Source: a virus (lineage: Duplodnaviria > Caudoviricetes). Taken from it: a stretch of DNA of 64,000 nucleotides. The position numbers and the translations under genes were made by a program. The notes beneath the pieces are model-generated. The model searched no databases. It had not been told where the DNA came from and saw only the letters and a list, made by a program, of their open reading frames with translations. The stretch is taken from IMG/VR virus record IMGVR_UViG_3300033069_001465; one strand, given 5' to 3'. Below, piece by piece: positions 41,001 to 50,205 of this stretch (positions are counted from its first letter, which is position 1; every line of letters begins with the position of its first letter).

Positions 41001-41470
41001 TTTAAAAATAGATTACCTGTGCCACTACCTCGAACTGTAAATGCTGCCCCATTATGATGATAATTAATATTTTCAACTATACAGTTGCTCATATCACCTG
41101 AACGAAATCCAAACCAATTAGATTGATCTGGCTGTTGTTCAAAATATGATATTTCTATATCTTTAAAATGTACATAGTTTCCACTAAAACTAATAAGATC
41201 TTGATCAGTTGATACGTTAAAAACATAACTTTCCCCTCTTATATTTGCTGTTTCTCCGGGATATCCCCAGACTTTAATTAAATTACCACTAGTTCCATTT
41301 TTACCGTTCAAATCTTGTTGAGTTGTATATTGATAAATACCTCCCCTCATATAAACTGTATCACCAGCAGATACAACGGTCCAGGCTTTTTCAAGCGTAA
41401 ACCAAGGGTTAGTTATTGTTCCATCACCACCTCCATCACTACCAGTAGCGGATAAAAAATATATTGCCAT
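38084..41470 (-). CDS. Tandem right-handed beta-helix (PL9 pectate-lyase-like) protein with PKD/Ig-like domain; candidate depolymerase
   Basis: Two repeats of G.D..G....PW/GDT.Y.RGG.Y, ADG/SDG, DDGFD, GNG.GFKLG, PD.G.FE; NAGTDQ PKD motif; start likely MAIYF. Confidence 0.75.
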   Translation of the reverse strand: MAIYFLSATGSDGGGDGTITNPWFTLEKAWTVVSAGDTVYMRGGIYQYTTQQDLNGKNGTSGNLIKVWGYPGETANIRGESYVFNVSTDQDLISFSGNYVHFKDIEISYFEQQPDQSNWFGFRSGDMSNCIVENINYHHNGAAFTVRGSGTGNLFLNCDFHHMQDPYSDSPYDGADGLGITYNPNTASVNTVRNCRAWWCADDGFDTWQNEGYVEFDNCWSFYNGYIPDTFTTAGNGSGFKLGSAVTSTTTVKRYVHNCLAFKNRSWGFVENDNPSNMTLVNNTAVQNGIGGGLNFWFGAWAAQPKTFRNNISYDSGTLFGDVWHTFGADYVHSNNTWDPGFTVSTSDFISIDSSVLTRQRHNNNNLPENVFLKLSNSSPLRNAGTSVGLTYSGTGPDIGYFESTGRYYFISPTGSDTLGYGSLTSSWFSLNKVWSIGPTGGDTIYLRGGTYTYTIQQYLVGNSGSSGNLLKVYSYLDESPIITRGVTFDKSGGHHKGMVFLRANYTHFRGIRFTGMYTDDNQVDAGLYLFDTNNSTFEKLECDNNVQGVFCEGSYNGLLFLNSDFHDNYSNYDGTNGGNSDGIGYSYNSNTASVNTVRGCRAWNNGDDGFDSFQCLGYVLYDNCWSWHNGFLYGGTTQAGNGCGFKLGSNFPQPTPTRGTLKRRMQNCVAWDNGHPNASGGAAGVHINEADHLAEIFNCTFFDNGITGMNFHFDNQPHIFRNVISFNNGSKDVEVSTNSISSNCSYGVAGTSDALSGWTNNVSSSDFVSITPTGVTSSRDIDGNLPIITFLNLTEGSNKIDSGTYVGLTYAGSAPDRGAFEYGLLRSFFSGDSGGTSSGTNSSPIVNAGTDQVITLPTTSATLVGTASDSDGSIAAYQWVQTGGVLSTIVSPSLYTTVVTGLTSTGIRTFTLIATDDAGATSSDSVNITTYDASIHYMTVVLKHMIGILSFSYNAPPSSLITITFSNVTNWQENPAGSWRPIATGANGSGKSTKYLPSSTDGYIESDITDNAGTINNFNIGMGFALSNSLTPDYSYDYLLYIDGANEHYKTYDPIAGYLDTGITASSGDKIRTERIGSTLYAKYYRGTWNTLYTFPNTTTSNLYIYGSSYDIGVIEYLVNPVGYGIV

Positions 41471-41472
41471 AT

Positions 41473-42906
41473 TTATGTAGTTATATCTCCTATTAATATC
41501 CAAGTATTGGTGTCGTCTTTTCTTATAAAGGCTGAACCATACTGGTCAGTTATTTTATTTGCCCCACCAATACTATTCATAGTTACACTGCTAGTTGGTG
41601 AAATTGTAACTACTCCCGTTCCCCAATGTTCAAAAAAGACTACTGCTCCTGTTTGAATTGGTACACTTGCATTAGTTGGAATTATTATATAAATAGAATT
41701 TGTTCCTGTTATTTTTAATGTTTTATATGCATCTGAAAGAACTATACTATAACTAGCTGTAATTTGATTTACAATAATAGGACTTGAATTATTTCCAGTT
41801 GGACCTTGGAATCCTTGAGATCCACTGCCAGTTCCTCCACTACTAGGACCTTGAAGGCCTTGGAAACCCTGAAGTCCTTGAAGTCCTTGGAAGCCTTGTC
41901 TACCAGTCGCTCCTGTAAAGCCTTGAACACCCTGAAGACCTTGGAATCCCTGAGCACCAGTTGTGCCTATAAATCCTTGGAATCCTTGAAGACCTTGGAA
42001 TCCTTGAAGACCTTGGAATCCTTGTCTACCAGTTGCTCCTGTAAAGCCTTGAAGACCTTGGAATCCTTGAAGACCTTGGAATCCTTGTAAACCTTGAAGA
42101 CCTTGAAATCCTTGAGTTCCACTACCGGTTCCACCACCACTAGGCCCTTGTAAACCAGTTGTACCTATAAATCCTTGAGCACCCTGAACACCAGTTGTAC
42201 CTATAAATCCTTGAGGGCCTTGAAGACCTTGGAAGCCTTGAAAGCCTTGAGTACCCTGGAGTCCCTGAAATCCTTGTCTACCAGTTGCTCCTGTAAACCC
42301 CTGAAGACCCTGAGCACCAGTTGTGCCTATAAATCCTTGAGTGCCTTGAAGACCCTGAACACCCTGAACACCAGTTGTACCTATAAATCCTTGAGTCCCT
42401 TGAACACCTTGAGGTCCAGTAGGCCCCTGAGCACCACCACCTGGTCCAGTTGGTCCAAGATTACCTTGAGGCCCCTGTGAACCTGTTATACCATTTCCTT
42501 GTATACCTTGGAAGCCTTGGAGACCTTGAACCCCTTGGAGACCTTGAACCCCTTGGAGACCTTGAAACCCTTGCAATCCTTGCCTGCCAGTCGCACCAGT
42601 AAATCCTTGATATCCTTGCAATCCTTGTAAACCTTGGTTGCCAATTATACCCTGAAACCCCTGTTTGCCTTGCAATCCTTGAAATCCTTGTATACCAGTC
42701 GATCCTATTGGCCCCTGTGCACCACCGCCAGCACCAGTTGGCCCTATTGCTCCTTGAAATCCAGCAAATGATTGAGTCCCAATATTAAGATCAGCTAATG
42801 TTGTTTTATATAATGTTCCAGTATTTGGATCACCAACGGCTATTAGTAAACTTGAACTTAAACCAGAAGCTGAAGGAAAATCTTTAATTAATTTGGGTCC
42901 GGCCAT
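41473..42906 (-). CDS. Collagen-like fibre protein
   Basis: Long G-X-Q repeats (GFQGLQ); start moved to MAGPK, downstream of TAATATATA 42927-42935. Confidence 0.85.
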   Translation of the reverse strand: MAGPKLIKDFPSASGLSSSLLIAVGDPNTGTLYKTTLADLNIGTQSFAGFQGAIGPTGAGGGAQGPIGSTGIQGFQGLQGKQGFQGIIGNQGLQGLQGYQGFTGATGRQGLQGFQGLQGVQGLQGVQGLQGFQGIQGNGITGSQGPQGNLGPTGPGGGAQGPTGPQGVQGTQGFIGTTGVQGVQGLQGTQGFIGTTGAQGLQGFTGATGRQGFQGLQGTQGFQGFQGLQGPQGFIGTTGVQGAQGFIGTTGLQGPSGGGTGSGTQGFQGLQGLQGFQGLQGFQGLQGFTGATGRQGFQGLQGFQGLQGFQGFIGTTGAQGFQGLQGVQGFTGATGRQGFQGLQGLQGFQGLQGPSSGGTGSGSQGFQGPTGNNSSPIIVNQITASYSIVLSDAYKTLKITGTNSIYIIIPTNASVPIQTGAVVFFEHWGTGVVTISPTSSVTMNSIGGANKITDQYGSAFIRKDDTNTWILIGDITT

Positions 42907-42975
42907 ATTATCATTTTTATTTTTATTATATATTAATTTTTTCAATTACGAATATGATGATATAATATATAAGTC

Positions 42976-43320
42976 ATGTATAATGTGTATATAGTATCGT
43001 CAGAAATTAATAATAAGAAGTTGTATAAAATAGGATATACTAAAAGGGAAGTATATAAAAGAATAAAAGAGTTTAGAACAGGTAATGCATCTGAATTTGA
43101 AATTGTTGATACATTTACCTCAAAGTGGGGAACGAAAATAGAAAGAAACCTACATAAACATTTTAAGTTTAGTAAAATTAATGGAGAATGGTTTGATCTG
43201 ACTATTGATCAAGTGAAAGATTTTAGAGAGATATGTGAAAAATCTCATAACAACTTTGAATTATTGGAACGATATAACACCTATATTATAGATAGAGGAG
43301 GACTATCTAAAATAAAATAA
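42976..43320 (+). CDS. GIY-YIG superfamily protein (T5orf172-like)
   Basis: VYIV...YKIGYT...R....TGN...E..LH.....GEWF. Confidence 0.8.
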   Translation: MYNVYIVSSEINNKKLYKIGYTKREVYKRIKEFRTGNASEFEIVDTFTSKWGTKIERNLHKHFKFSKINGEWFDLTIDQVKDFREICEKSHNNFELLERYNTYIIDRGGLSKIK

Positions 43321-43330
43321 TCAAAAAAAA

Positions 43331-43591
43331 ATGGAATCATTAAAAGTGACCGCAATTAAAGAATATCTATCCAAGATAGACTTTAAGAATGACGATTGGT
43401 CAATTCACAAAATCACACAAGATATGCAAAAGTTCTTAGGAGAAACACCAGCTGTTGATATACTCTATAAAAAAGATGTTATGGTAACTGAAATTTCAGG
43501 CGAGTCAAGAGAAATTAAAAAACTTAATAAAGTAAGTATTGTTTTTACAGATACCGATGATAAGATCAAAAAATTAGAAATATTAATATGA
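43331..43591 (+). CDS. Hypothetical protein
   Basis: 86-aa ORF in operon. Confidence 0.7.
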   Translation: MESLKVTAIKEYLSKIDFKNDDWSIHKITQDMQKFLGETPAVDILYKKDVMVTEISGESREIKKLNKVSIVFTDTDDKIKKLEILI

Positions 43592-43809
43592 AATTTGGTG
43601 ACTACTATTTGGATATGGATTTGGTATTTAAACTTGATAAAGACCAAGCTAACTTAATAGTTGAATTCTATAATAGAATGATGGATATATACCCACATGA
43701 TATACAATCTTCTACTTCCTTTTTTAATACACTTATTAAAAGTGGATATTTAAAAAATAAAAATGCAGAAGAAAGGGATGAAAAATTAGGCGATTTAATA
43801 AATGGATAA
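43588..43809 (+). CDS. Small protein with C-terminal RDEKLGDLI tag
   Basis: 73 aa; overlaps both neighbours. Confidence 0.7.
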   Translation: MKFGDYYLDMDLVFKLDKDQANLIVEFYNRMMDIYPHDIQSSTSFFNTLIKSGYLKNKNAEERDEKLGDLING

Positions 43810-44128
43810 ATTTCAAGTATCAATATTAGAATATTTGGGTAAATTAGAAGATGGTGTATTGATATTGTTATCAATAGTTTATGATGATACCTATTATGAA
43901 GCTACTTATTTTTATACTTCTGAAGAATTGGTGCTAACTGTTCCCGAAGAATTAGAAGAAGTTCTTGGACACAAAATTACGGAAGATGAATTATACCCTG
44001 ATTTACTAAGAGTAATAATTAAAAAGGTAGTTCCTTATAACGAGATATATGGTAGAATTGATGATATTGATTTTACCAGATGGATAAAAGAGGGTGAGGT
44101 AGAAGAAGATCGAGATGAGGAAAATTAA
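43802..44128 (+). CDS. Acidic hypothetical protein
   Basis: 108-aa ORF. Confidence 0.7.
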   Translation: MDKFQVSILEYLGKLEDGVLILLSIVYDDTYYEATYFYTSEELVLTVPEELEEVLGHKITEDELYPDLLRVIIKKVVPYNEIYGRIDDIDFTRWIKEGEVEEDRDEEN

Positions 44129-44480
44129 ATTTCGATACCATAGATATATTCCGCAATACCATCAAATGTACAATATTTATCATCAGTTAAGTCCATGAAT
44201 TTTGGATCATTATTCCAAAATTTAATTAATATATCTGATTGTCTGAAGTCATCCTGAATTTGCAGAGGAATAGAGGAATTTCAAATTCATCCTCTAATTT
44301 TTTAATAAAATTTATATAATCATTGTCATTAAACCCCGTACGAAGTATGATATCATCATTATCTGTAATTGAAGACATATCATATTCATCTATATTAGTA
44401 ACGGTAGAATATACCTTTCTAATTCTTTTAATAATTGATTTATATCTATTCAAATCTTCCCAACTTTTAATATTATTCAT
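44125..44480 (-). pseudogene. Acyl-carrier-protein-like gene frameshifted by an 8-bp duplication
   Basis: AGAGGAAT x2 at 44264-44279; removing one copy gives 115 aa with LEDEFEIPL...TFDGIAEYI, stop at 44125. Confidence 0.6.
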
Positions 44481-44490
44481 AATAATTTAT

Positions 44491-45951
44491 TTAATTGTCT
44501 TCCTCATTTTCAATTGGATTTCTAAAAAACATTTCAGGATCCATTTTCTTAATCCAGTTTCTTGCTAACAATAATCTTTTTGTAGAGTCTTTTATCCAAG
44601 ATTTTATTAATTCATATTTATCTAATCTATTAAGTAGTGTTTCATAGCTTTCAATATTAACATATCTATCAGCTATTTCTTCTTTAGTTAATTTTTTTAA
44701 ATCATCTGCTTTAACTAGCTCCATAACAATAGCAAAATCTTTATGTCTTGAATACTTAATGGCAAAATCTCTCTTACTTCTATTCATCTTCACAAACTCT
44801 GCATATAATTTATCTACATCATGTGATTTTTCAGCAATTGCCTTCTTAACTATATCTACCAACTTATAGATTCTATCACGAGCTTCTTTTTCATCTTCTG
44901 GAATTTGTCCAAGAATGTCATCAATCTTATCATCAAGAATATATCCTAAGATAATATTCTCTTTGTATAAGTCTTCAGTTAATAATCCATGTCTTTCACA
45001 ATACCAAGGTGTCTTTAACTTAAAGAAAAAGTCTTTACCATTTTCATCAACTGCTTGGACAACATATCCTTCTTTATCAACTTCTGTTCCAGTTAGTTCA
45101 ATTAAACTATCTAAGTCAACGAAATCATCTTTAAATGGAGCAATTTTAATTGATCCTAGCTTGTCTACATGATTTTTAATGTCTATGTGTTTACCAGTCT
45201 TATTATCTCTTAATCTTAATAAAATTAACTCCTCTTTTGAATATTTCAATACAACACGATTATGTGGAGCAACATATTCAAAAATTGGAACAATATCATT
45301 TTCCATGCACCAATCAACAAATTGATTAACATCTGAATTTTCATTATAGATATTTGATATGCCTTTAGCCTGCTCACTTTCAAAAGACATTTTTGATTTA
45401 CCGTATACTTTACCATTAGGTAATTGAATAAATGATGCAATTGAACCATCCTCTTTATTATTAACGAATCTTATTTTATAGTTTTTAACTATAGAATACA
45501 TGGATTCTGGAACTTGATTTAAGTTAAAGAATTTCTCAAGTAGAATAAATCTTTTATATAATGATCCATCAGTATTGAATACGAATGTCAATCCTCTCAT
45601 TTCATAAGCGGTGATATTTGGTTTTCCCTCAACTGGGGTAACAAAGTCTTTATATTGAGCTAGACGATAATTGAATAAACTAACTGAATATCCATCTAAT
45701 GTTAATTTTGTTTCATAGAAAGGAGATTCTTCATCAGCACACATTTCAACACAATCTTCATAAGAAGGAATATATTTTCCTTGAGGTACAGGTCCCACGT
45801 TAATAGTTGCATTTTCAAAATACTTTCGAGCAGCCTCTGTCTTACGAGGAAATAAATCTCGACCCTTTAACTTTTCAGCCACTGATTCTAATAATTCCTT
45901 TTCGGATTTAAAATCACCATATTTTAATATTTTCTTATTCATAAATTTCAA
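44491..45951 (-). CDS. RNA ligase, T4 Rnl1-like
   Basis: EMRGLTF, KFFNLNQ, motif I KEDGS, FEY, EGYV, KLK. Confidence 0.85.
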   Translation of the reverse strand: MKFMNKKILKYGDFKSEKELLESVAEKLKGRDLFPRKTEAARKYFENATINVGPVPQGKYIPSYEDCVEMCADEESPFYETKLTLDGYSVSLFNYRLAQYKDFVTPVEGKPNITAYEMRGLTFVFNTDGSLYKRFILLEKFFNLNQVPESMYSIVKNYKIRFVNNKEDGSIASFIQLPNGKVYGKSKMSFESEQAKGISNIYNENSDVNQFVDWCMENDIVPIFEYVAPHNRVVLKYSKEELILLRLRDNKTGKHIDIKNHVDKLGSIKIAPFKDDFVDLDSLIELTGTEVDKEGYVVQAVDENGKDFFFKLKTPWYCERHGLLTEDLYKENIILGYILDDKIDDILGQIPEDEKEARDRIYKLVDIVKKAIAEKSHDVDKLYAEFVKMNRSKRDFAIKYSRHKDFAIVMELVKADDLKKLTKEEIADRYVNIESYETLLNRLDKYELIKSWIKDSTKRLLLARNWIKKMDPEMFFRNPIENEEDN

Positions 45952-46534
45952 AATTCTTTGGTTCTAAACTTGCTACCAATCCATAGACTTGATTACCACT
46001 TGGTAATCCGAACCTATTCATTAGAACACCGTTTTGTCTTAAATCTTTTATATTAAAGTCTTTAGATAATATATCAAACATTGGTTCTAAATCTTTATTA
46101 GATTCTCTATAAAAGTTAATCTTTATACTATTACTTTTTTGGTCATACTTCATTCTAATTACTCCACCTAAAGCTTTGGTATTAAATTCTTTAATAATTT
46201 TTACTAGAGAGCCAATGTTTTTTAACACAACTAATTCCTCCTTAAGATTAATTATTATCCTATTACAATCTAGTTTTACTTCTTTTTCAATTCCCTTCTG
46301 ATTCATCCTACTTAATGCAGTTTTGATTGTAATATTTATCCAACTCCATTCTTCAAATGATAATACTGGCTTAGGCTTAATTTTACTAATAGTCACACCA
46401 ACAGATATTCCAACCGGTGTAGGTACATCCACCTTTGTATTTAATCCCCATATAGATGGATCAGATACGGTTATAGAATATCCTGCTTCTTCAAAATGAA
46501 TTAAAATATCTTTGATATCATCTTTACTTATCAT
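45935..46534 (-). CDS. Hypothetical protein with DIKDILIHF module
   Basis: 199 aa; TTATATATA upstream. Confidence 0.7.
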   Translation of the reverse strand: MISKDDIKDILIHFEEAGYSITVSDPSIWGLNTKVDVPTPVGISVGVTISKIKPKPVLSFEEWSWINITIKTALSRMNQKGIEKEVKLDCNRIIINLKEELVVLKNIGSLVKIIKEFNTKALGGVIRMKYDQKSNSIKINFYRESNKDLEPMFDILSKDFNIKDLRQNGVLMNRFGLPSGNQVYGLVASLEPKNFEIYE

Positions 46535-46563
46535 ATGTTATATATAAAAAAAAGTCCAATAAA

Positions 46564-46929
46564 TTATTGGACGCTATCAATTTTAGATTTAACCCATTTT
46601 GATTTTTCCCTATAATAATATACCTTTCTTTCTAAAGAGTCGATAATTTTCTCATAACTTGACTTATCAATTAATAACTGGCTATTGGTAAGATCTTTAG
46701 TAGTATTGTCCTTTTTTAATTGCATTATCTCCTTTTGAAAGTATTTTACAGTGTCTTCCACAGACATTCTTTTAATGGAGTCTATACTAAGATAATCATT
46801 TGATTTAATTTTACTAACTACATTTTTATTACTATACTTATAAAAAGCATATGTCAAAAAACAAATAGCGAATAGGGAAGATGCGATAAGAACTATTACT
46901 GCAGTTGATATGGTTGTTTTCTTTTTCAT
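46564..46929 (-). CDS. Membrane-anchored coiled-coil protein
   Basis: N-terminal hydrophobic segment then heptad-like region. Confidence 0.65.
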   Translation of the reverse strand: MKKKTTISTAVIVLIASSLFAICFLTYAFYKYSNKNVVSKIKSNDYLSIDSIKRMSVEDTVKYFQKEIMQLKKDNTTKDLTNSQLLIDKSSYEKIIDSLERKVYYYREKSKWVKSKIDSVQ

Positions 46930-47339
46930 TCTAAGAGTTTATCTAAATTAGATTTTCTATTGATTTGACTATCTCCGCCTAGTTTCTTTCTCACTTGGTC
47001 AATTGGAAATTTATAACTTGCCCCAGTAGATAATTCGGTTGTTATAACTGGATATTTTCTATTTGCTGTTTTAAACCCAACTATTCTATGAATAGTTAGT
47101 TTCCCATTTCTAGAGTTTTCAAATTCCATTCCAACAATATTCTGAGTAAATCCATAACTTAATGACATTCTTTTATTTCTGGCATTAAGTTCTTGTAATT
47201 TACCAATCTCAACTCCACTCACATCAATTTTAAACCCAAATTCACTATTCTTAGAAAGGCTAACATCAACCTTAATATCATATCCTTTTAAAGCATCTTG
47301 AATTTTACTAACAATTTCGTCTATTATTTTAATATCCAT
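46926..47339 (-). CDS. Hypothetical protein with C-terminal RKSNLDKLL tag
   Basis: 137 aa; TATATTTGT (reverse strand) at 47356-47364. Confidence 0.75.
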   Translation of the reverse strand: MDIKIIDEIVSKIQDALKGYDIKVDVSLSKNSEFGFKIDVSGVEIGKLQELNARNKRMSLSYGFTQNIVGMEFENSRNGKLTIHRIVGFKTANRKYPVITTELSTGASYKFPIDQVRKKLGGDSQINRKSNLDKLLE

Positions 47340-47375
47340 ATTGATATGTATTTATACAAATATACTAAAAAACTA

Positions 47376-49226
47376 TTACAAAACCAAACCATCATCACCA
47401 ACTGATTGATTTTCAGGATAGTATGTATAGTTGACTGATCCTTCTTCATCCCCGAATCTACTAGGTACCAACAGTGGATTAGCTTGGTTTCCTTTATATG
47501 CCCAATCTTCTATACCTAGCTCTTCAAATCTTTTATAAATTTTATAGTTGTAAAAATCAGCAATTGACCTGACTCTTCTTTGTATATCAGCTCTTGATAA
47601 CTCATGTGTATTGGATGATGCAGTTGAGTTATAAATAAACTGCAGATAACAATTCTTGACAATTCTTACAAACTTTGTTTCTAAAAATGTTCTAATTATT
47701 AATTCATAATCATCAGCAATTGATAGTCTTCTATTGTGGCCACCAATTTTTAAATATGTTTCTCTCTTCCAGCATCTTATGTGATTAGGAATTCCAACAA
47801 TGTGCCTTATTGTTTTAGGATTAATATTTGGTGACTCATTAACATCCATCTCTATTCCCATATGCATTTCCTTTCTATATTTTCCATATCCAAAACAAAA
47901 CCCATCACCATATGTTAATGTTTTCCAATCTTCGGTTATTTCAACACAATCAGTATATACAAATCCAGCATCTGGATATTTATCAAATGCTTTTAATAAA
48001 ATTTCAGCACTATCGGGAGTAATATAATCATCATGATCAAGTTCAGCTAATATGTATCCTCTACATAACATAGCAGCTCTATATTTTGATTCACCAATAA
48101 TTCCCTTGCTCTTCTCTCTAAAGTCGTAAACTTTAACTCTTGGATCTTTTGCTGCCAATCCTTCTGCAACTTTAAGTGTTTTGCCCCCATCGGATGAATC
48201 ATTTACTAATACCCACTCCCAATTAGTATGCGTTTGGGCAGCTATTGATTCATATAATCTTACTAATTTGTCAGTAATATTATAAATTGGAGTGAAGAAA
48301 GAAACTAACTTTTTATTATTATTTTCCAAGATATAATTCATTGAAGAATTATATACAATCTCACCTATCTGATCAAGACTATTTAAATTGATCCATCTTT
48401 TTTTAATATCTAAATTTGAATTAACTAAATTTTTATTCTCTTTATTTCCAACAGTAACAATAAAATCAGGATCAAAGTTATAAATATCTTTATTTAAAGA
48501 AGTATCATCATTTCTATACAATATATCTAAAGCATCAGATTCCCACCAAGCTCTTTGATTTGATTTTATTTCTGGTTGACCTTCACCAATGTATAATATT
48601 TTTGGAACACTTGCTCCTCTTTTACCTTGTAGATAATTATAATAGCACATTATTTTGTTAATGAAATAAAAGTCATTAGGATTATTTCTATTATATACTT
48701 CTTCAATATAAATTGAATCAGCTATATAGTTCATTGGATTAAGTCGTATACTACCAATTAAACCTCTTTCAAATACAACTTGAGCCATGTCTACCTGACT
48801 AACCTTCATTCTTTCGGGTGCACAATATCTAATTTCTTGACCAGTGAAATCTTTACCATCGATTCTTTGATTAAAGACAAATCCTCTTTTATCGGGATTA
48901 TTTCTGATGGATGTGTATAGATTTTCATAGAAATCTTCGTGTATAATATTATCATCATCTAAAACAAAAATAAATCCCTCTTGAATATCAGAAATAGCTT
49001 TGTTTATCATTTGATGACCAAAGTCACCAGGAATACTTTTTATGAAAAATATTTTGCTTTGCTTTTCTTGTATTTCTGCTAATATTTCTGCATCAACATC
49101 TTTTAATACTGTGGAATCAAACATTACATACCATGTAATATCAAACTTATCAGTTGTGAATATAGAATCTTTAACCTTTCTTAAATTGTTAAGGCGGGAG
49201 CACCTTGTTATAATACTTAACTTCAT
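47376..49226 (-). CDS. Glycosyltransferase with two GT2 domains
   Basis: LSIITR...VLDDDN; VSFFTPIYN...VNDSSD...ELDHDD...ADDYEL. Confidence 0.85.
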   Translation of the reverse strand: MKLSIITRCSRLNNLRKVKDSIFTTDKFDITWYVMFDSTVLKDVDAEILAEIQEKQSKIFFIKSIPGDFGHQMINKAISDIQEGFIFVLDDDNIIHEDFYENLYTSIRNNPDKRGFVFNQRIDGKDFTGQEIRYCAPERMKVSQVDMAQVVFERGLIGSIRLNPMNYIADSIYIEEVYNRNNPNDFYFINKIMCYYNYLQGKRGASVPKILYIGEGQPEIKSNQRAWWESDALDILYRNDDTSLNKDIYNFDPDFIVTVGNKENKNLVNSNLDIKKRWINLNSLDQIGEIVYNSSMNYILENNNKKLVSFFTPIYNITDKLVRLYESIAAQTHTNWEWVLVNDSSDGGKTLKVAEGLAAKDPRVKVYDFREKSKGIIGESKYRAAMLCRGYILAELDHDDYITPDSAEILLKAFDKYPDAGFVYTDCVEITEDWKTLTYGDGFCFGYGKYRKEMHMGIEMDVNESPNINPKTIRHIVGIPNHIRCWKRETYLKIGGHNRRLSIADDYELIIRTFLETKFVRIVKNCYLQFIYNSTASSNTHELSRADIQRRVRSIADFYNYKIYKRFEELGIEDWAYKGNQANPLLVPSRFGDEEGSVNYTYYPENQSVGDDGLVL

Positions 49227-49267
49227 TTATAAATTCAGAATTTATAATTTTATATAATTAATCCATA

Positions 49268-49741
49268 TTAGTTTAGTAGTTTATCTAATTGTAACTCTCT
49301 TCTTTTCATTTTTAATTTATTATAATACACATTATCGAAAAAGAATGCATTTTCCCTAATTTCTTCGAAATATGCCTTGCCATCAGTTGGTATATGATTG
49401 ATATGCTCAATTGGTAGTATATATTTTAGTTTATATATCATACCCTCATTTAATATTCTTTCAACAAAATCATGATCTATTTTAGCAAGATGATCAAAAT
49501 CATCTTCATGTAGAATAGGATCTTTTTCATTTCTGTTAATAAAGTAGGCAAACATTTCATTATCTATAAAGATATAGTCCTCCCATATAAATGGACGGTA
49601 CGTATTATTAAGCCACAATACATCCATAGCATATACATACTTTATAAACGTATCAATATCTTCACAACATTCTCTATGTTTAATAGTAATTAATCTAAAT
49701 AGAGCATATAGTTTATTCCGTAATGATTCTTCACTAAGCAT
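49268..49741 (-). CDS. Hypothetical protein with C-terminal RELQLDKLL tag
   Basis: 157-aa ORF. Confidence 0.7.
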   Translation of the reverse strand: MLSEESLRNKLYALFRLITIKHRECCEDIDTFIKYVYAMDVLWLNNTYRPFIWEDYIFIDNEMFAYFINRNEKDPILHEDDFDHLAKIDHDFVERILNEGMIYKLKYILPIEHINHIPTDGKAYFEEIRENAFFFDNVYYNKLKMKRRELQLDKLLN

Positions 49742-50201
49742 ATTTTATAAGATATTTAATAACTTTATCCCAATTTTCAAATGGTGATTTACCAAATTGA
49801 ATTTGTTCTCCTTTGAATTTATCCCATAGAATATCATCTATTAAATAGTCACCCATTAGTATATTTTTATTTGGTGATATAATAAGCTTTTGACAAAAGT
49901 CTAAATCAAAATGCCGTTCAATCCATATTCTCTTTTCAGTATAACAAAGTGGATTTTTATATGATGGACTTGTTAAAATATAAACGTCAAATATCTCTCT
50001 TAATTTATTTACTGCCTCAATTGCTCCTTGTAAAGGTTTTAAGCTAAGAAAAAATCCCTCTTTAGATTGTGGATACTTTACATCTGGATTTAATTGACTC
50101 ATTTCCTTATAGTGAGTTGTATAATCACAAATAGTATCATCCATATCGATATAGACAATTGGTTTAGTATTAACACTTTCGTTAAATTTTCTAATTTTCA
50201 T
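49734..50201 (-). CDS. 5'(3')-deoxyribonucleotidase (NT5C-type HAD), leader-bearing
   Basis: YIDMDDTICD, ILTSP, EKRIW, GDYLIDD; MKIRKFNES. Confidence 0.85.
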   Translation of the reverse strand: MKIRKFNESVNTKPIVYIDMDDTICDYTTHYKEMSQLNPDVKYPQSKEGFFLSLKPLQGAIEAVNKLREIFDVYILTSPSYKNPLCYTEKRIWIERHFDLDFCQKLIISPNKNILMGDYLIDDILWDKFKGEQIQFGKSPFENWDKVIKYLIKYA

Positions 50202-50205
50202 TATT

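Noticed and set aside
41769-42480. Repetitive DNA and alternative ORFs that could suggest a CRISPR array or VNTR
   Set aside because: Explained by collagen G-X-Q coding; no constant repeat with unique spacers.
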